Source: a virus
DNA length: 64,000 nt
IMG/VR virus record: IMGVR_UViG_3300021962_000061
Span: 1 to 64,000 of that record
Reading direction: 5' to 3' (one strand)
Shown: positions 59,599-64,000 of the stretch, in pieces
Numbering within the stretch: position 1 is the first letter of the stretch
How the letters are laid out: each line of letters begins with the position of its first letter
Translations under genes and position numbers: made by a program
Notes under the pieces: generated by a model
Database searches by the model: none
The model's input: only the letters and a program-made list of their open reading frames with translations
Told to the model about the DNA's origin: nothing

Positions 59599-60522
59599 TT
59601 ATTCTTCAGCTAACTTCTTGAAGAAATCAGGAAGGTTATCTTCTGAATCCGAAGGCGTGAATACATCATCGCTCTCGTTCCAGCTCTCCTTCTGAGCCTT
59701 AGGTGCAGCTGCCTTAGGACGATATGCAGGTGCTGCAACCTCATCCTCTTCTTCTTCAATAGCACGAGTCATTGGAGCACTCTGGCCAAGAGACTTAGCC
59801 AGGCGAGCCTTGAGATCATCATAGCTCTTGAATTCCTTCTTGTCAGTGAACTGAGCAAGAGAGTGTTCTGATTGCCATACCTTCTCTAACTTAGCATCAT
59901 CGTCAAGCAATGCAGCTGGTGCATCGAACTCAGACTTATCGTAGTTACGATAGCCTTCAACCTTACGAATCTTCAACTTGAAGTCAGCACCTTCCCACAT
60001 ATCAAAAGGATTGACTGCTTCCTCATCTTCAAACTCAGGATACATGGCATTGTTGATCTTATCATAGATCTTCTTACCATACTTGAACAAGAACACCTTA
60101 CCTTCATTGGAAGGGTTAGCAGGGTCACGAACCACATAGATGTTTGAGATGAAGTTTAGCTTACGCTTACGGGCTGAAACAATCTTCTTGTTTGCATCCA
60201 CTCCACTATTCCAAAGAACAGTGTTCTCTTCACATGCGGGGCACTTATCGCCAAGAGTCGTAGGACAGTTCTCAATGAACCAACCACCAGGACCTTGGAA
60301 GCCATGAGAGAATATGCGAACGAAAGGATTGTCTTCACCAGAAGGAGCAGGAAGAAATCGAATGACGGCAAAGCCGTTACCTGCTTGGTCAACGCCAGGT
60401 TGCCAGAAACGATTATCGTCGTTACTACCACCTTGTCTGTCGTTGATCTTCTTTACTGTATCTGCCAACTTATCAAAGTCGGACTTACGATTGCGCTTTA
60501 ATTGATCAAATGCATTTGCCAT
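59599..60522 (-). CDS. gp32: single-stranded DNA-binding protein
   Basis: GNGFAVIRFLPAP, WFIENCPTTLG..CP.CE, YGKKIYDKI, NYDKSEF, acidic tail; start MANAF at 60522 with GGAG SD. Confidence 0.97.
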   Translation of the reverse strand: MANAFDQLKRNRKSDFDKLADTVKKINDRQGGSNDDNRFWQPGVDQAGNGFAVIRFLPAPSGEDNPFVRIFSHGFQGPGGWFIENCPTTLGDKCPACEENTVLWNSGVDANKKIVSARKRKLNFISNIYVVRDPANPSNEGKVFLFKYGKKIYDKINNAMYPEFEDEEAVNPFDMWEGADFKLKIRKVEGYRNYDKSEFDAPAALLDDDAKLEKVWQSEHSLAQFTDKKEFKSYDDLKARLAKSLGQSAPMTRAIEEEEDEVAAPAYRPKAAAPKAQKESWNESDDVFTPSDSEDNLPDFFKKLAEE

Positions 60523-60586
60523 ATAATTGTATCTCCGTATAGATGTATAGTGTATTAGTTTGTTCACAATTAAACATAATATACAC

Positions 60587-60594
60587 TATTTATA
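60587..60594 (-). promoter_or_regulatory. late promoter TATAAATA upstream of gp32
   Basis: Exact consensus. Confidence 0.75.
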
Positions 60595-60600
60595 ATACCA

Positions 60601-61185
60601 TTAAAGATCGAAATAGTCAACAGTTAACTTCTTAATTTTTACTTTATCATACTTAACAAATGGTTTGTACTTCTGTAATTTGTTTAACTGTACTGGCCAA
60701 ATTGCCGGATCCATAATTTCATTTTCCCAATAAGGGAAGAAGTTCAATTGGGAATTCAGCAAAATCATGGTTTCTGGATAAATAGTAGTTCCAATCAACA
60801 TTTTTAGCAGCTTAGGGTGTTGACCATTAACTACTCTCAATGATTGGTCAATATCGTGGGGCAGCTTCTTTATGTCTTCTTGGTAGGTGTAAGATATAGC
60901 ATCTTGTCTCTTCTTCCAACGAAGATACACATCCTCGCTCATTTCGGCGTTTACAATATCTCCAATCCAAGCATTTGGATCATCAACAAAGTTAGATACA
61001 AGAAGACCAATAGGGTCAGAATGCTTCTGAAGCTTCGAAAAGAAATACTTGTCCTTGCGAACTTCAAAAGCAGTGAGCTGAACTTTAACTTTGCCGTTGT
61101 ACTTGAAGAAATCATAGCTAGTATGAAAGTGATTCTTGATTGCTACGTAAAGTTGATACGCTTCGTACGGACTTTGTAGTTGCAT
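60601..61185 (-). CDS. gp59: helicase loader
   Basis: YQLYVAIKNHF..YDFFKYNGK, RKDKYFFSKL, KYKPF; adjacent to gp32; likely start at 61185. Confidence 0.9.
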   Translation of the reverse strand: MQLQSPYEAYQLYVAIKNHFHTSYDFFKYNGKVKVQLTAFEVRKDKYFFSKLQKHSDPIGLLVSNFVDDPNAWIGDIVNAEMSEDVYLRWKKRQDAISYTYQEDIKKLPHDIDQSLRVVNGQHPKLLKMLIGTTIYPETMILLNSQLNFFPYWENEIMDPAIWPVQLNKLQKYKPFVKYDKVKIKKLTVDYFDL

Positions 61186-61756
61186 CTGTATACCACTTAG
61201 GAGGGGTTGTATATCGCCAGCGAGCAAACTTAGACTTGCTACCGATGTAAAAATTTCTATAAGCCTTTACAGGATCTTCGTCTTTATACTCATCTGGCAT
61301 CGCCTGAACAAATGACTTCAACTTATAAACTTTATCTGTTGTACCATAGGTCCAATCATAGTTAGGCATATTTTGAGGTGGCCCTCTATCTGCTATACAT
61401 CTAAGGATAGGACTACAAGCATGGCTTTTACGAAACCGCTTTTGATATTCCGACTCTAATGCAACAGTATGTAAAAATAGCCATTCGTAATGGACAGCAT
61501 CTTCTCTAATCCAAATGTTGCATGGATGTTTAAAGTGAACAGCATGGTAAAGAACTTTATCTCTACGATCAGCCAAACGATAGCGAGGGACATTACGCTT
61601 TCCAGAATTAGATGGAGCAATTTCCATTTTACCATCTAGCACTCTATGGCAAGTTGACAGCATCTGGATGCTCTCGGTGAACATCTTGACAACATGCTGG
61701 TCACAAAGCATTTGTGCAGCTATGAATGGGTTACGATCTACAATAAAAATATTCAT
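61118..61756 (-). CDS. pyrimidine-dimer DNA glycosylase (DenV)-family protein
   Basis: MNIF..D..P..AAQ..CDQHVVKM..ES.QMLST, HPC.IW, QAMPDEYK, AYRNFY. Confidence 0.82.
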   Translation of the reverse strand: MNIFIVDRNPFIAAQMLCDQHVVKMFTESIQMLSTCHRVLDGKMEIAPSNSGKRNVPRYRLADRRDKVLYHAVHFKHPCNIWIREDAVHYEWLFLHTVALESEYQKRFRKSHACSPILRCIADRGPPQNMPNYDWTYGTTDKVYKLKSFVQAMPDEYKDEDPVKAYRNFYIGSKSKFARWRYTTPPKWYTDATTKSVRSVSTLRSNQESLSY

Positions 61757-61758
61757 AA

Positions 61759-62346
61759 CTAACTGATGTGTTCTAGTAGTTTGTCTATATTACTACATTT
61801 CTCTAGGAACGTCAAGTCTGGCTCCCACATTGTTAGGATTCTTTGCTTCTGTGTTTCGGTAAGTTCAACGTCAACGTTTGTTTGGTTTAACTTCTGAGGA
61901 AGGTCAAGGTCGGTGATGTTGAACATATCACCACTAAATGATTTGAGGAAGTACGTCTGCGATCTCAAATGAATGTTCAAATCCCCTTCATTATCAACTT
62001 TACTAATATATGTAATTAGTTCGTCAATTGACATTCCTCGAATTTCTGGAATAGCATCTTTCCTTACGTACCTAAAGTCACTATATAATGACTTGAACCT
62101 TTCAACAGGATCCCTAACAACTGTAAAGTTATAAAGGCCATTTGTATTAGCATCTAGTGGTGTTATATAGTCAGCAAGATCCTCGTGGTGGATCCATTGA
62201 TTGGATTGATTGTCTAAAGATTTCAACCACCTTGGTTGATACTTCTTCATTAATAAGTACTTGACTGTAGTATTGCCGCACTTAGGAATTGCCCAAAAGT
62301 TGCAGGGACCAATACTGGCAATACTATACGTAAGTTTGACGCTCAT
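61759..62346 (-). CDS. sulfotransferase family protein (Sulfotransfer_2-like)
   Basis: 5'-PSB IPKCGNTT; 3'-PB FTVVRDPVERFKSLY; HLRSQ. Confidence 0.82.
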   Translation of the reverse strand: MSVKLTYSIASIGPCNFWAIPKCGNTTVKYLLMKKYQPRWLKSLDNQSNQWIHHEDLADYITPLDANTNGLYNFTVVRDPVERFKSLYSDFRYVRKDAIPEIRGMSIDELITYISKVDNEGDLNIHLRSQTYFLKSFSGDMFNITDLDLPQKLNQTNVDVELTETQKQRILTMWEPDLTFLEKCSNIDKLLEHIS

Positions 62347-62983
62347 AAGGTAACAAAGATTGTTGTATTGTGGAGTAGTTAACTAAACCAACATTGTATG
62401 TTTCCCTAGCATACACAGCTAGTCTATTATAAAAGAATTGAATTATTTCTTCGTCTGTTAGATCGCACCATGGCTTATTATAATATGCGTTGAGTGTTGA
62501 GCGGTTATACTCTCTTTGAAACTTGGCCATCAATGAGGGATCTGAATAACCCTTAAGTTCAATGTCTATTCCCCTACCATAGTAAGCAGTTGATTGGTTT
62601 GGGCCATTATAGACCATATCAGCTCCAATAAAGCCAATTTGGTTGATTGCTTTTCCAAAATAAACAAGAGAGCAATATGCTGTAGCCAATACAGTACTAC
62701 GTCCACATATATCCCAGCCACCACACTGCTCAACAGCATACATTGCACTAGCTTGATTGAAAAAATTGCCCTCAGGCTGACTGGATGATAGATCTATAGG
62801 AGTTAAATTTTGAGGGAACCCAATAGACTCAACATACTCTTTTTCATAATCTTCTGAACAACAAAAGTAGTTCCACTTTACTCTACCATGAGCATTGTTG
62901 ACGGCGATAACTGTATGTGTAGATAAGTCCCAGTTATCCGTCTGCTCAATTGAAAACCCACTACCACAAATTAGTACGTTCAT
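62324..62983 (-). CDS. Maf/GT29/GT42-like glycosyltransferase-fold protein
   Basis: VLICGSGFS...VIAVNNA...STVLATAY...IGFIGADM; likely start 62983 (ATGA overlap). Confidence 0.6.
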   Translation of the reverse strand: MNVLICGSGFSIEQTDNWDLSTHTVIAVNNAHGRVKWNYFCCSEDYEKEYVESIGFPQNLTPIDLSSSQPEGNFFNQASAMYAVEQCGGWDICGRSTVLATAYCSLVYFGKAINQIGFIGADMVYNGPNQSTAYYGRGIDIELKGYSDPSLMAKFQREYNRSTLNAYYNKPWCDLTDEEIIQFFYNRLAVYARETYNVGLVNYSTIQQSLLPYERQTYV

Positions 62984-63600
62984 TGCTTTATATCTGAAGT
63001 ATTGATAGCAAAACCAAACTGGCACACCACTCTAGGTAACGTGCCTTGCAAAAAAGGCATATAGTGTAACATTCTATCAGCAGGAAAACACCATGCATCA
63101 CACATATCTATTTGTATGTTTTTATTGTTTATATGCGGGTCGTACGATTCATGGTTGTCTCTGTTTACCATCACATTAAACCTAATGTGCCTCCAACCTT
63201 TTATTCGCTGAGGTAGTTGAGCATATTCTCTGTCATAAGCATCAGTATGCTTTTGTATAAACCCACCTGGTTGTATATAGGTCATCAACCAACCAAGTCT
63301 AGGATCTATAGCATAATCATTGAACCTATCCAGCTCCATTACCTTTGTTATTCTTTCGTACAAAGTTTTAAACAATGGCATGCTGTCAAATATATCCACA
63401 CTACTAAATTTCAGTGAGTGTCTTAGATGTTTGGATACTGCTACTTGATATTGCTCGGATTGGTTATATGAAAATCTATCACAATTAAAATAACCATTCG
63501 TCCATTTGTCAACAGCAAATTGATATAGTAAATTTCTTTCTTCCTGAGAAATGAACTTTCTGTGTACTACTATATTACTGAGAAAATTGATTTGCTGCAA
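62980..63600 (-). CDS. 2OG-Fe(II) oxygenase
   Basis: PGGFIQKHTD (HxD), distal H (MLHY) and R (PRVV). Confidence 0.78.
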   Translation of the reverse strand: MQQINFLSNIVVHRKFISQEERNLLYQFAVDKWTNGYFNCDRFSYNQSEQYQVAVSKHLRHSLKFSSVDIFDSMPLFKTLYERITKVMELDRFNDYAIDPRLGWLMTYIQPGGFIQKHTDAYDREYAQLPQRIKGWRHIRFNVMVNRDNHESYDPHINNKNIQIDMCDAWCFPADRMLHYMPFLQGTLPRVVCQFGFAINTSDIKQ

Positions 63601-63850
63601 TTAAGTAGTTGCTCCCACTAGTTGAATCTATAGTTCTATCTATCTCACCCCAGTACTCTTCAATTGCTCTTTTAGCAAATTCCATTTCAACATACTGACC
63701 AAGAATTTTTTCTTCTGTAGCATTGATAGGAATCTTAGCGCCCCAGATAATAGTATGAGCATAATTATAAGCTTGGCCAACTACTAAACCATCTTCTACC
63801 TGGAAGTAGTAGTGGTTATTTTTATCAACACAGCGCCAGTTGCGTTTCAT
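63575..63850 (-). CDS. hypothetical protein
   Basis: Likely start MKRNW at 63850, directly after the upstream stop. Confidence 0.6.
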   Translation of the reverse strand: MKRNWRCVDKNNHYYFQVEDGLVVGQAYNYAHTIIWGAKIPINATEEKILGQYVEMEFAKRAIEEYWGEIDRTIDSTSGSNYLIAANQFSQ

Positions 63851-63851
63851 A

Positions 63852-64000
63852 TTAGTCCCACAATCCGTTGTAGTACTTACCAAACAGCCTAAAGCCATTC
63901 TTCATACGTTCGTCATGAGCTCTCATACCTTCAAGGTCCATCTTGAAAGTATGGTTAGGTCCATGAACAAGCTGCGAGTACTTATAACCTTTAGGACCTT
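63852..64000 (-). CDS. C-terminal end of a conserved phage protein (partial)
   Basis: Hand translation ends ...HDERMKNGFRLFGKYYNGLWD*. Confidence 0.65.
   Translation of the reverse strand, partial: GPKGYKYSQLVHGPNHTFKMDLEGMRAHDERMKNGFRLFGKYYNGLWD

Noticed and set aside
61118-61185. 68-nt overlap of the DenV-like gene with gp59 as a recoding signal
   Set aside because: The tail after the PPKW end looks like a non-conserved run-on; no slippery site noticed

Overview
A 64-kb AT-rich segment of a large T4-like myovirus (T4 superfamily, with a cyanophage/environmental-type layout). It covers nearly the whole virion morphogenesis region. On the minus strand: gp22 (partial), gp21, prohead core proteins, gp20 to gp13, a block of fibre/Ig-like appendage genes, DUF4815-type proteins, gp8, gp7, gp6, gp25, PAAR, gp5, hub, gp53 and gp48. 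On the plus strand: gp4, gp2, gp54, gp26, gp51 and gp29. These are followed by gp32, gp59 and accessory enzymes. T4 late promoters (TATAAATA) punctuate the region. The most striking feature is a pair of giant Thr-rich virion proteins (662 aa and 1699 aa). Their sequences are self-complementary at the amino-acid level: read outward from a central turn, 2/4/6-residue units pair by length, and aromatic units sit opposite K/R/aliphatic/Gly units. This suggests ~100-nm antiparallel beta-hairpin ribbons. The 662-aa gene sits directly upstream of two late-expressed glycosyltransferase-like genes, and structural proteins are rich in N-x-S/T sequons, so the phage may encode a glycosylated virion appendage system. 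Also notable are a likely -1 programmed frameshift fusing gp26 to gp51, a domain split across the gp7/hairpin gene junction, and late promoters embedded in hairpins. All assignments come from motif recognition and synteny; no searches were run.
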